Shown here: positions 42,458-51,410 of the stretch, piece by piece | Numbering within the stretch: the stretch's first letter is position 1 | Layout of the letters: each line of letters begins with the position of its first letter | From: an uncultured bacterium | Lineage (GTDB): Bacteria; Oederibacteriota; PGYV01; CAWJRG01 | Direction: 5' to 3' | Assembly: GCA_963845185.1 (NCBI GenBank) | Contig: CAWJRG010000009.1 | Coordinates: 544,001 to 608,000 of the forward strand | DNA length: 64,000 nucleotides | The notes under the pieces: generated by a model | Seen by the model: the letters and a program-made list of their open reading frames with translations, nothing else | The model's database searches: none | Told to the model about the DNA's origin: nothing | Program-made: the position numbers and the translations under genes

Positions 42458-42582
42458 GACAGATGACATATTCTTTGTAATCAATTGCAATATAAGGTAT
42501 TAGCGATTTTCAAAATGCCTTTCAAAACGCTTGACAGTTTGCTGGTTTTATTATAATATTTGTTATTCCTGAATTAACTTTG

Positions 42583-42722
42583 AATCGGGAAATTTTTTGT
42601 TTGTGGAACCCCGCCGACAGGATTCGGCGGTCTTTAAAAACCACCGGAGGTCTATCATAAGTTCCCTCCGGAAAGGCATAATACATCCCCCAACTGGGAG
42701 TTGGGGGATTTCTTTCTGGATT
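42583..42722 (+). promoter_or_regulatory. Structured rplM-rpsI leader (candidate ribosomal-protein autoregulatory RNA)
   Basis: Hairpins CCGCCGA/TCGGCGG, CCGGAGG/CCTCCGG, ATCCCCCAACT/AGTTGGGGGAT downstream of TTGACA at 42531. Confidence 0.5.
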
Positions 42723-42742
42723 AAAGGAGGACTTTGAATCAG

Positions 42743-43168
42743 ATGAACAGTTACATGGCAAAAACAGAGGAAATAAAAAGAAAATGGTATGTAATAGACG
42801 CCAGCGATAAAATACTCGGAAGGCTGGCGAGCAGAGTAGCAAGCATTTTAAGAGGTAAACACAAACCTATTTTTACGCCCCATGTGGACACGGGTGATTT
42901 TGTTATAGTAATCAACGCGGCTAAGGTGAAACTTTCCGGGAAGAAAGAATCGTTAAAGACCTATATTTCACACAGCGGTTATCCGGGCGGCTTGAAAATG
43001 GAAAAATTCGAGCATTTAAAACAGAGATATCCGGAAAAAATAATAGAGCTTGCCGTAAAAGGCATGCTTCCCAAAGGCAAGCTGGGGAAGAAAATATATC
43101 AAAAACTTAAAATATATAAAGGCGCTACGCATCCTCACAAGACGCAAAAGCCTGAAGTTCTAAATTAA
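42743..43168 (+). CDS. rplM: 50S ribosomal protein L13
   Basis: [36 protein letters not shown]; alternative TTG start at 42734. Confidence 0.99.
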   Translation: MNSYMAKTEEIKRKWYVIDASDKILGRLASRVASILRGKHKPIFTPHVDTGDFVIVINAAKVKLSGKKESLKTYISHSGYPGGLKMEKFEHLKQRYPEKIIELAVKGMLPKGKLGKKIYQKLKIYKGATHPHKTQKPEVLN

Positions 43169-43181
43169 GGAGGAAATAAAA

Positions 43182-43571
43182 TTGAGCTCAGTATTAACTG
43201 CAACAGGAAGAAGAAAGACATCAATCGCTAAAGTATGGCTTAAAAGCGGCGACGGCAAGATTACCGTAAACAAGAAAGACGTGAAGGTTTTTTTTAACAG
43301 GGATACACATATAGCGCATATTATGGAGCCTCTGGAGGCGACATCAACCGTTGGAAAATATGACATAAATTGCACGGCGATGGGAGGAGGGCAGACAGGC
43401 CAGTCAGGCGCTATAATGATGGCCATAGCAAGGGCGCTTTCCAAATCAGACGAAAGCATGAAAGTAATTCTCGCAAAGGGAGGGTTTTTAACAAGGGATT
43501 CCAGGATGGTTGAAAGAAAGAAATACGGCAGGATGAAAGCAAGAAGGAGATACCAGTTCTCAAAAAGATAA
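43182..43571 (+). CDS. rpsI: 30S ribosomal protein S9
   Basis: TGRRKTS, GGGQTGQ, TRDSRMVERKKYG, QFSKR. Confidence 0.99.
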   Translation: MSSVLTATGRRKTSIAKVWLKSGDGKITVNKKDVKVFFNRDTHIAHIMEPLEATSTVGKYDINCTAMGGGQTGQSGAIMMAIARALSKSDESMKVILAKGGFLTRDSRMVERKKYGRMKARRRYQFSKR

Positions 43572-43604
43572 TTGCGGATTCTTCTTCACGAAAAAATATA
43601 ATAC

Positions 43605-43635
43605 AAAGGCGGCCTTCATGGCCGCCTTTTGTTTT
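43605..43635 (+). terminator. Intrinsic terminator after rpsI
   Basis: AAAGGCGGCC-TTCAT-GGCCGCCTTTT. Confidence 0.85.
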
Positions 43636-43646
43636 AGAGGTGCAGG

Positions 43647-43820
43647 ATGCTTAACACAAGAAATTTAAGGCACGGCAAGAAGCCTTTTATGGCTGCCAGG
43701 TTTAAGGATGCGGCGAAATTCGGCAAAGGCGCAGTGCCGAAAGGATACGCAAGCACAAAAAAGCAAAAACAATTTAATCAACCAACACAAAAATCCGATA
43801 GTTCCGCAAATCAAAAATAA
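43647..43820 (+). CDS. Small basic hypothetical protein (57 aa)
   Basis: ATG after GAGGTG; MLNTRNLRHGKKPFMAARFKDAAKFGKG...; below the ORF-track length cutoff. Confidence 0.45.
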   Translation: MLNTRNLRHGKKPFMAARFKDAAKFGKGAVPKGYASTKKQKQFNQPTQKSDSSANQK

Positions 43821-43848
43821 TACTTAATTTCATGGTGGGTTTTATTGA

Positions 43849-43877
43849 TTGACAGAGCCATAAACAGGGGGTATAAT
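43849..43877 (+). promoter_or_regulatory. Consensus sigma70 promoter
   Basis: TTGACA-17 nt-TATAAT. Confidence 0.8.
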
Positions 43878-43915
43878 TTTATACGGTAATTGATTCTAAT
43901 TTCAGGAGGGCAAGT

Positions 43916-45046
43916 ATGAAAAAACTTTTCATATCAGTTTGTTTTACTTGGTTTTTATTTATGTTATTCACTATGGGGTGCAGCAAGAAAAGTCCAACTC
44001 AAGCAGAACCTACTAACACGCCATATGTAATCACAGCAACATTCACAAACACACCAAATATGACAGCAACCACACAGACTGCAGCAACGCAAACAGTTAT
44101 TGCCTTAAAAACAGCTGGCCCTTCAGCACAAGCTACAGCAACAGCCCAGGTACAACAAACAGCAACCATGACTGCGATGTTTGTAACACAATGGGGTAGC
44201 GTTGGAAGCAACAACGGACAACTTTATCATCCTTTTGGAGTAGCAGTAGACAACAGTGGTGGAAGTAGTAACGGAGATGTATATGTTGCAGATAATGGTA
44301 ATAACAGAATTCAAAAATTCAGCAATACAGGTGCATTTATAGCCTCATGGGGAATTGTTGGTGGGCAGGCGGGAAGTGGTGATGGGCAGCTTAATTGGCC
44401 TCAGGGAGTAGCTGTAGATAGTGGTGGAAATGTGTATGTTTCAGAAGTAGGTAATGATCGAATACAAGAATTTAATAGCGCAGGAACATATATAACTAAA
44501 TGGGGTAGTAGCGGAAGCGGCAACGGGCAGTTTAATTATCCCGTTGGAGTTGCGATAGACAATATTAGTGGAGATGTATATATTGCCGATACTGGGAATA
44601 GCAGGATCCAAAAATTCAACAGTACAGGAACATATATAACACAATGGGGTGGTTCTGGAACAGGCAATGGACAATTTAAGGGTTTCGGAGTGGCAGTTGA
44701 CAGCAACGAAGATGTTTATGTCGCAGATACAAGTAATAACAGAATTCAAAAATTTGATAGTACGGGAACATATATAACACAATGGGGTGGTTCTGGAACT
44801 GGTAACGGGCAGTTTAACCAACCCACAGGGGTAGCAATAGACAGCAACGGAAACGTGTATGTTGCAGACTCTGTTAATAGCAGAATACAAGAATTTAACA
44901 GTACAGGTACATATATAACACAATGGGGTAGTAGTGGAACCGGTAATGGGCAATTTGTTAGTCCTTATGGAGTAGCAGTAGACAGTAGTGGAGATGTTTA
45001 TGTTGCTGAATGGACTAATAACAAAATTGATAAATTTCATCCATAA
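43916..45046 (+). CDS. NHL-repeat (6-bladed propeller) lipoprotein with Thr-rich linker
   Basis: Lipobox TMGC; six repeats of F..P.GVAVD..G.VYVAD..N.RIQKF. Confidence 0.93.
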   Translation: MKKLFISVCFTWFLFMLFTMGCSKKSPTQAEPTNTPYVITATFTNTPNMTATTQTAATQTVIALKTAGPSAQATATAQVQQTATMTAMFVTQWGSVGSNNGQLYHPFGVAVDNSGGSSNGDVYVADNGNNRIQKFSNTGAFIASWGIVGGQAGSGDGQLNWPQGVAVDSGGNVYVSEVGNDRIQEFNSAGTYITKWGSSGSGNGQFNYPVGVAIDNISGDVYIADTGNSRIQKFNSTGTYITQWGGSGTGNGQFKGFGVAVDSNEDVYVADTSNNRIQKFDSTGTYITQWGGSGTGNGQFNQPTGVAIDSNGNVYVADSVNSRIQEFNSTGTYITQWGSSGTGNGQFVSPYGVAVDSSGDVYVAEWTNNKIDKFHP

Positions 45047-45075
45047 GGTTTTTAGGTTTAAGTAGTAAAATCTGA

Positions 45076-45172
45076 TACCGCTTGTCCGGTTTGAAACCGG
45101 ACTTGAGCGGGTACATGATTTCGTAATACTTTGCTTGCACCTGTTGACGGCTTGTCAAAGTAAACGAAATCA
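45076..45172 (+). ncRNA. Candidate structured leader RNA motif, copy B (before FGE-domain gene)
   Basis: TACCGCTTGTCCGG...CCGGACTTGAGCGGGTA, then TGATTTC-GTAATA-CTTTG/CTGTTGACG/CAAAG-TAAAC-GAAATCA. Confidence 0.65.
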
Positions 45173-45185
45173 AGGGAGGCGGTCA

Positions 45186-46158
45186 ATGAAAAAAGTTTTA
45201 ATTCCAGTGTTAATTCTCATCGTAATTTTAATTTCAATTACTTGCTCAAAAAAATCCTCACCTACTTCCCCTGCGGCAACAGCGATTCCAACAATTAACT
45301 ATTTGGCGCTTGTGTCGGTTCCTGGCGGGACATTTACCCAAACTGACGGCACAAATATGTTCAGTAATACAATTTCCACTTTCAGTATTGGAAAGTATCA
45401 AGTCACATATGAATTGTGGTACACAGTATATCAATGGGCTATTGCTAACGGTTATACCTTCCAAAACTCAGGTACCGAAGGCAGCGTAGGAACAGCCGGC
45501 GCAGCACCAACCACTTTAAATCAACCAGTAACTACTATAAATTGGCGGGATGCCATAGTGTGGTGTAATGCTTACAGCATGAAAACCGGATTAACGCCTT
45601 TGTATTATCAAGATTCAGGTTTCACTACATTGATCAAAGATTCTACAAACGGAGCATATGGCAGCAGTATAAATACAACAGCAGGAAGTTTTGATAACCC
45701 ATATGTGGATTGGAACGCAAACGGATATAGGTTACCAACAGAAGGAGAATATCAATACACGGCAAGTTATATAGACGGAACGAACTGGACGCCGTATAAC
45801 TATGCCAGCGGCGCAACAGACGCCTATACCGACACCACGGCAACCGCGCTTGTAGCGTGGTATAGCGGGAATTGCAGCAATACGCAGGCTATAGGCACAT
45901 TAGCCGCGAATAAGCTTGATATCTATGGATGATATGTCAGGTAATGTTTGGGAATGGTGCTTTGATTGGTATGGAGCATATCCAACAACTTCAGAAGTAA
46001 ATTATACAGGACCTACAAGCGGATCTGCTCGTATGAATAGGGGCGGTGGTTTTGTTGATGCCGCAGTAAACTTACAAGTGGGCTACCGCCACACTAGTTT
46101 TATGCCAGGACCGTATCAAGCGTTAGTCAACTACGGCTTTCGCATTGCACAGCATTAA
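45186..46158 (+). pseudogene. FGE-sulfatase (SUMF1/C-type-lectin fold) lipoprotein, frameshifted near 45927
   Basis: Lipobox SITC; VPGGTF, VTYELW, PVTTINWRDAIVWCN, GYRLPTEGEY in one frame; DMSGNVWEWCFD...RGGG...GFR continues in another frame. Confidence 0.85.
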
Positions 46159-46193
46159 TAATAAATATAATTAGTTTAAAAGGAGGATTCAAT

Positions 46194-46643
46194 ATGAGTA
46201 AATTAATCAAGAAATGCGAACATCCGATATTCAAATTTGAATTATATGATGATTGTATTATTTATAAAAGGACGAACTCGGCGGGTAATAAATTTATTGG
46301 AGCATTAACTGGATATGAAATGTTAAAATCTGATATAAATCAAACCATATTTTTAAAAGATATTACGGATATTGAAATAAAGAAAACTACTTGGTTGGAA
46401 CCTGGTTATTTTAGAATAAAAGCAGGCGGTGTCACACAAGTTGAAATTGTTTATATAAAGGATTTTTGTGAGAAGCTGCAAGAAGATATTAATAAAATAA
46501 AAAATGATTATAGTCAACGTACCAATATTGCATCGGGTAAAAGCGATTTAAATGATTTAGAAAAATTGGCCGAATTAAAATCAAAAGGGATTATAACTGA
46601 AGAGGAATTTCAAGCGAAGAAAAAACAAATACTTGGTTTATAA
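46194..46643 (+). CDS. SHOCT domain protein
   Basis: C-terminal DLEKLAELKSKGIITEEEFQAKKKQIL; strong RBS. Confidence 0.88.
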   Translation: MSKLIKKCEHPIFKFELYDDCIIYKRTNSAGNKFIGALTGYEMLKSDINQTIFLKDITDIEIKKTTWLEPGYFRIKAGGVTQVEIVYIKDFCEKLQEDINKIKNDYSQRTNIASGKSDLNDLEKLAELKSKGIITEEEFQAKKKQILGL

Positions 46644-46701
46644 ATAATAATTGCTGTTTTAATCTTATCTCAAAATGATGAATGCGGAGAGGAAAAAATA
46701 A

Positions 46702-47280
46702 GTGGAAACAGAAAAAGTTTGGTATGCTGCGTATGGTTCGAATATATTTTATGATAGATTTTTATATTATATTAAAGGTGGGAAATTTGAAAAAGAGAAT
46801 GGAACATCTAAGTATTATCCCAAGTGCGAGGGCGATTCCGAGCCATCTGATAAAATTTTTAAAAGGGTAAATGGGTTTTCACTTATATTTGGAAACGAAT
46901 CAGGGACATGGATAGAAAAGAATGAAAGAAAACCAGGCGTGGCATTTATTGATGAAAAGAATGATTGTTCAACATTTGTTTATATGAAGTATTATTTGAT
47001 TTCAAGATTGCAGTTTGAACATTGTTGGGAACAAGAAGTAAAAAGCCCGGAATGGTATGGAAAAAAAATCCCTCTTACAAAGAGGGGTGACATCCCTGTT
47101 TATACTTTTTCTTATGAAATAAGACCTGAAATCAATAAACCTTCTGATAGATATTTAACAACGATAATAAAAGGGCTAAAATCAGAGGGACTTGAAGATG
47201 AAAATATAATAGAATATATGATTGGGGCGCAAGGCGTCGGCCGTTCAAAAGAACAATTGATAAAATTACTTGCTATATAG
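46702..47280 (+). CDS. Gamma-glutamylcyclotransferase-like protein
   Basis: VWYAAYGSN N-terminus, PSDRYLTTIIKGL C-terminus. Confidence 0.7.
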   Translation: METEKVWYAAYGSNIFYDRFLYYIKGGKFEKENGTSKYYPKCEGDSEPSDKIFKRVNGFSLIFGNESGTWIEKNERKPGVAFIDEKNDCSTFVYMKYYLISRLQFEHCWEQEVKSPEWYGKKIPLTKRGDIPVYTFSYEIRPEINKPSDRYLTTIIKGLKSEGLEDENIIEYMIGAQGVGRSKEQLIKLLAI

Positions 47281-47327
47281 TTTTGCCGGAAGGAACGAAA
47301 AGATGTGTAAATAATTTTAAATTTTAT

Positions 47328-47356
47328 TTGACATTAACCAATATTTTTGTTATACA
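47328..47356 (+). promoter_or_regulatory. Promoter of the ilv-leu operon
   Basis: TTGACA-17 nt-TATACA with an extended TG. Confidence 0.6.
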
Positions 47357-47387
47357 TATATCAACTCAAAACAGGAGGCTGTTGAAA

Positions 47388-47522
47388 ATGAAAGCAGGAA
47401 GAAGCAAGAAAAATTTCAAAAATTCTCCTGCTATAATTCTGCCCTCCGCTTTGAATCCGAAGACACTAACACTCGTAGTAGTACTCTTATTGGTCGTTCT
47501 GCGACTTACAGTCGTCCTGTAA
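47388..47522 (+). CDS. ilv-leu operon leader (attenuator) peptide, 44 aa
   Basis: AGGAGG RBS; ends ...AIILP...TLTLVVVLLLVVLRLTVVL; immediately upstream of the branched-chain amino acid operon. Confidence 0.8.
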   Translation: MKAGRSKKNFKNSPAIILPSALNPKTLTLVVVLLLVVLRLTVVL

Positions 47523-47715
47523 TATCGGGCGAAAGTAAGCGCAGGATAAGGCTAAAACCCCGAAAAAACCCCTTATTTTACGCTTACGCCCGAATAAACA
47601 GGATTGTTTTATAGGGCAAAAAAGCCTTGTTTTTTAGCTGTTTCGTATGGTAATATATAACGCTTTTCAATAAATATTGGATTGCGGGTATATAAAAGAT
47701 ATTGAGATATAAGAA

Positions 47716-47813
47716 GCACCACTTGTCCTCGGCTTTACAGCCTCGGACTGGAACGGGTGCAAGCAAGAGTAATATTTTGCTGCGCCCTGTTAGCTTGCAA
47801 AATAAACTCTTGC
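47716..47813 (+). ncRNA. Candidate structured leader RNA motif, copy C (before ilvD)
   Basis: GCACCACTTGTCC...GGACTGGAACGGGTGC, then GCAAGA-GTAATA-TTTTGC/CTGTT/GCAAAA-TAAAC-TCTTGC. Confidence 0.6.
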
Positions 47814-47827
47814 ATAGGAGGCTTATT

Positions 47828-49507
47828 ATGAGAAGCGATAAAATGAAAAAAGGAATAGAAAGGACGCCGCATAGGGCGCTTTTTAAAGCAATTGGATACA
47901 CTGAAGAGGAATTGAAAAGGCCTATTATCGGAGTTGTCAACTCATTTAATGAAGTAATACCCGGACATATACATTTGAATACCATATGCCAAGCAGTAAA
48001 AGACGGCATTAGGATGGCAGGCGGTACTCCTATGGAGTTTCCGACAATAGGAATTTGCGACGGAATTGCCATGGGGCTTGAAGGCATGAAATATTCCCTT
48101 GTCAGCAGGGAACATATAGCAGACAGTGTTGAGATAATGGCCAGTGCTTATCTTTTTGACGGGCTTGTGTTTATACCGAACTGCGACAAGATAATTCCGG
48201 GTATGTTAATGGCAGCGGCGCGATTGAATATACCGGCAATATTTGTGTCCGGCGGGCCCATGCTCAAAGGCAGATTCAAGGATAAAGTTTACGATCTGAT
48301 TTCCGGCGGTTATGAATCAGTCGGCGAGTTTATGGCAGGCAAGATAGACGAAGAGACATTGAAAATCAGGGAGGATATCATGTGCCCGACCTGCGGCTCG
48401 TGCTCGGGCATGTACACGGCAAACACGATGAACTGCATGACCGAAGCAATAGGCATGGGGTTGCCTGGGAACGGCACGATACCGGCTGTGTATTCGGCAA
48501 GAATCAGGCTCGCCAAAGAAACAGGCATGAAAATAATGGAGCTGTTGGAAAAGGACATTAAACCGCGGGACATAATGACGGAAAAGGCGTTTAACAACAC
48601 TTTTACTGTTGATATGGCCCTTGGCGGGTCTACCAACACGGTTCTGCATCTTCCGGCCATTGCCAATGAGTGCGGAATAAAATTCGACCTGGCAAAGATT
48701 AACGCGATATCGGAAAAAACACCGACACTTTGTAAACTGTCGCCTTCAAAACTTCCGTCAGGCGGCCAGCACCACATAGAGGACCTTTGCGCGGCAGGCG
48801 GCGTGCAGGCAGTCATGAAAGAACTTTCGAAGAAAAAACTTATAAATCTCGACCTGATTACCGCGACAGGCAGAAAAGTAAAGGATAATTTAAAAACCAC
48901 GCAGAACATGGATGCGAATGTAATCAGGACGCCTGAAAACGCATATTCGCAGCAGGGCGGCCTTGCAATACTTTTTGGAAACCTGGCACCTGAAGGAGCT
49001 GTAGTCAAACAGTCGGGCGTGGCGCCTGAAATGATGAAGCAGGAATGCAAAGCAAGGGTTTTTGATTCTGAAGACGACGCACAAAAAGCAATATTCGGAA
49101 AAAAAATAAAGCCGGGCGACTGCGTTGTCATAAGGTACGAAGGCCCAAAAGGAGGGCCGGGCATGAGGGAAATGCTCGGGCCAACTTCGGCAATAGAGGG
49201 CATGGGGCTTGATACGCAGGTATCTCTTATAACAGACGGCAGGTTTTCCGGCGGCACAAGAGGAGCGGCGATAGGCCACATATCCCCAGAAGCAATGGAA
49301 GGCGGGCCCATAGGTTTGATAAACGAAGGTGATATTATATCAATAGACATAGCGGCGAAAAAAATAGAACTCAAAGTAAGCGACGAGGAACTGGAAAAAC
49401 GGAAAAAAGAATGGAAACAGCCGCCTTATAAAATAACAGAGGGCGTGTTATATAGATATGCGCAGATGGTGACATCTGCAAGCACAGGTGCGGTTTTTAA
49501 GAAATAA
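47828..49507 (+). CDS. ilvD: Dihydroxy-acid dehydratase
   Basis: [42 protein letters not shown] 47828 after AGGAGG. Confidence 0.98.
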   Translation: MRSDKMKKGIERTPHRALFKAIGYTEEELKRPIIGVVNSFNEVIPGHIHLNTICQAVKDGIRMAGGTPMEFPTIGICDGIAMGLEGMKYSLVSREHIADSVEIMASAYLFDGLVFIPNCDKIIPGMLMAAARLNIPAIFVSGGPMLKGRFKDKVYDLISGGYESVGEFMAGKIDEETLKIREDIMCPTCGSCSGMYTANTMNCMTEAIGMGLPGNGTIPAVYSARIRLAKETGMKIMELLEKDIKPRDIMTEKAFNNTFTVDMALGGSTNTVLHLPAIANECGIKFDLAKINAISEKTPTLCKLSPSKLPSGGQHHIEDLCAAGGVQAVMKELSKKKLINLDLITATGRKVKDNLKTTQNMDANVIRTPENAYSQQGGLAILFGNLAPEGAVVKQSGVAPEMMKQECKARVFDSEDDAQKAIFGKKIKPGDCVVIRYEGPKGGPGMREMLGPTSAIEGMGLDTQVSLITDGRFSGGTRGAAIGHISPEAMEGGPIGLINEGDIISIDIAAKKIELKVSDEELEKRKKEWKQPPYKITEGVLYRYAQMVTSASTGAVFKK

Positions 49508-49684
49508 GCGGTTGTTTTTATGAACGGCGCGAAGATACTTATTAATTCTCTGCTGTGCGAAGGAGTGGATACGATATTTGGTTATCCAGGCGCAGCTATT
49601 ATAAACTTGCTTGATGAATTGTATAAAATCGAACCCAGAGCCCGGGATTCAAATGGCATGGGCCGAAAAAAAAGGAGTGAAGAT

Positions 49685-51358
49685 ATGAAAGGCTCCAAAA
49701 TACTTCTTGAAAGCTTAAAGAAAGAAGGCGTGGACACGATATTCGGCTATCCTGGCGGAGTTGTGCTGCCTTTATTTGACGAGATATATTCCGAAAAAGA
49801 AATAAACCTTTATCTTGTGCGGCATGAGCAGGGAGCTGCACACATGGCTGACGGATATGCACGCTCGTCCGGCAAGGTTGGTGTATGTCTCGCTACATCA
49901 GGCCCTGGTGCGACAAACCTTGTTACCGGCATTGCGACAGCATATATGGATTCCATTCCTATAGTTGCCTTGACGGGTCAGGTTGCCACAAACCTCATTG
50001 GAAATGACGCTTTTCAGGAAGCTGACATTACAGGCATTACACGGCCAATTGTAAAGCATAATTACATTGTAAAAGATGTGCAGCATCTCGCGCAGACTGT
50101 GAAGAATGCTTTTTATATAGCTAGGACAGGCAGGCCCGGGCCTGTTGTCATTGACTTGCCAAAGGACGTGTTTACTACAGAGGCGGATTTTGTTTATCCT
50201 GAAAGGCCAAACCTTCGCGGCTATAAGCCGACTTATGAAGGCAATAAAATGGCCATAAAAAAGGCTGTAGAAATGATTGACAAATCCGAGAAGCCGCTTT
50301 TATATGTGGGCGGTGGCGTGGAGCTTTCAAACGCTTCTTCTGAACTTATGGAATTTGTTGAAAAGACAGGCATACCGTTTACGACAACTTTGATGGCAAT
50401 GGATGTCGCTCCGTACGATCATCCGCTGAACATGAATATGCTCGGTATGCACGGTACAAAATACGCGAATTACGCCGTGCAGCAGGCTGACCTTTTGATA
50501 GCGGTAGGCGCGCGTTTTGACGACAGAGTTACAGGGAAGGTGGAGGAATTCGCATCTCACGCAAAAATAATTCATATAGACATAGACCCGTCATCCGTCA
50601 GCAAGATTATAAGGGTTGACGTGCCTGTCGTTGGCGACGCTAAATATGTTTTAAAGGAAATGACCACTATGGTGAAAAAAATAGACAGAAAAAAATGGGA
50701 CGAACAGGTGCAGCAGTGGAAGAAGGAATTCCCGCTTGTGTACAAACAAAACGGCGACATCATAAAACCGCAGTATGTCATTGAGAAGATTTCCGAGATT
50801 ACAGGCGGAGACTGTATAATAACAACCGAAGTGGGTCAGAACCAGATGTGGACCGCTCAGTTTTTTAAATTCAAAAGGCCAAGGACTTTTTTAACGTCAG
50901 GAGGCCTTGGCACTATGGGCTACGGGTTCCCGGCAGCTCTGGGCGCGCAGGCCGCAAACCCGGGAAAACTGGTAATAGACATTGCGGGCGACGGCTCCAT
51001 ACAGATGAATATACAGGAAATGGCAACAGCCGTTAAATATAACCTTCCTGTGAAAATAGCGATATTAAACAACGGGTACCTTGGAATGGTAAGGCAGTGG
51101 CAGGAGCTTTTTTACGGCAAGAGATATTCGCACACGCATATAGAGCACAGCGTTGATTTTGTTAAACTAGCCGAAGCCTACGGTGCGAAAGGCATACGCG
51201 TTGACAAAAAAGACGCGGTTGAAAGCTCGTTAAAGGAAGCGTTCAACCATAAAGGCCCGGTCATGATTGATTTTGTGGTGGAACAGGAAGAAAACGTTTA
51301 TCCCATGGTGCCGACAGGCGCTGCTTTACATTCAATGCTGGACGGCGGATTGGCATAA
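49685..51358 (+). CDS. ilvB: Acetolactate synthase large subunit (in-frame upstream remnant extends the ORF to 49520)
   Basis: [49 protein letters not shown] before ATG 49685. Confidence 0.96.
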   Translation: MKGSKILLESLKKEGVDTIFGYPGGVVLPLFDEIYSEKEINLYLVRHEQGAAHMADGYARSSGKVGVCLATSGPGATNLVTGIATAYMDSIPIVALTGQVATNLIGNDAFQEADITGITRPIVKHNYIVKDVQHLAQTVKNAFYIARTGRPGPVVIDLPKDVFTTEADFVYPERPNLRGYKPTYEGNKMAIKKAVEMIDKSEKPLLYVGGGVELSNASSELMEFVEKTGIPFTTTLMAMDVAPYDHPLNMNMLGMHGTKYANYAVQQADLLIAVGARFDDRVTGKVEEFASHAKIIHIDIDPSSVSKIIRVDVPVVGDAKYVLKEMTTMVKKIDRKKWDEQVQQWKKEFPLVYKQNGDIIKPQYVIEKISEITGGDCIITTEVGQNQMWTAQFFKFKRPRTFLTSGGLGTMGYGFPAALGAQAANPGKLVIDIAGDGSIQMNIQEMATAVKYNLPVKIAILNNGYLGMVRQWQELFYGKRYSHTHIEHSVDFVKLAEAYGAKGIRVDKKDAVESSLKEAFNHKGPVMIDFVVEQEENVYPMVPTGAALHSMLDGGLA

Positions 51359-51410
51359 AATTTTGCAGGCAAAATTTTCGGAAGGTTGATAACCGAAAAA
51401 GGAGAAAAAT

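Noticed and set aside
44200..45040. Regularly spaced direct repeats resembling a CRISPR array
   Set aside because: They are in-frame NHL coding repeats of about 47 aa; no cas genes or unique spacers.
45120..45172. Hammerhead ribozyme reading of the motif (CTGTTGA ... CGAAA)
   Set aside because: The core is CUGUUGA rather than CUGANGA, GAAA is not conserved in copies A and C, and the three-stem topology does not fit.
46030..46158. FGE/C-type-lectin C-terminus as a diversity-generating retroelement target
   Set aside because: The fold fits, but I see no reverse transcriptase, Avd or adenine-variant template repeat in the window; a remote DGR cannot be excluded.
47530..47820. T-box or ppGpp (ykkC) riboswitch before the ilv operon
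   Set aside because: No GGTGGNACC T-box or ykkC consensus visible; a leader peptide is present instead.
47702..47827. 42-aa N-terminal extension of IlvD
   Set aside because: It spans the structured RNA motif; AGGAGG supports ATG 47828.
48310..49374. 354-aa antisense ORF within ilvD (and similar ones in gap, leuB, asd)
   Set aside because: Typical antisense shadows of conserved genes.
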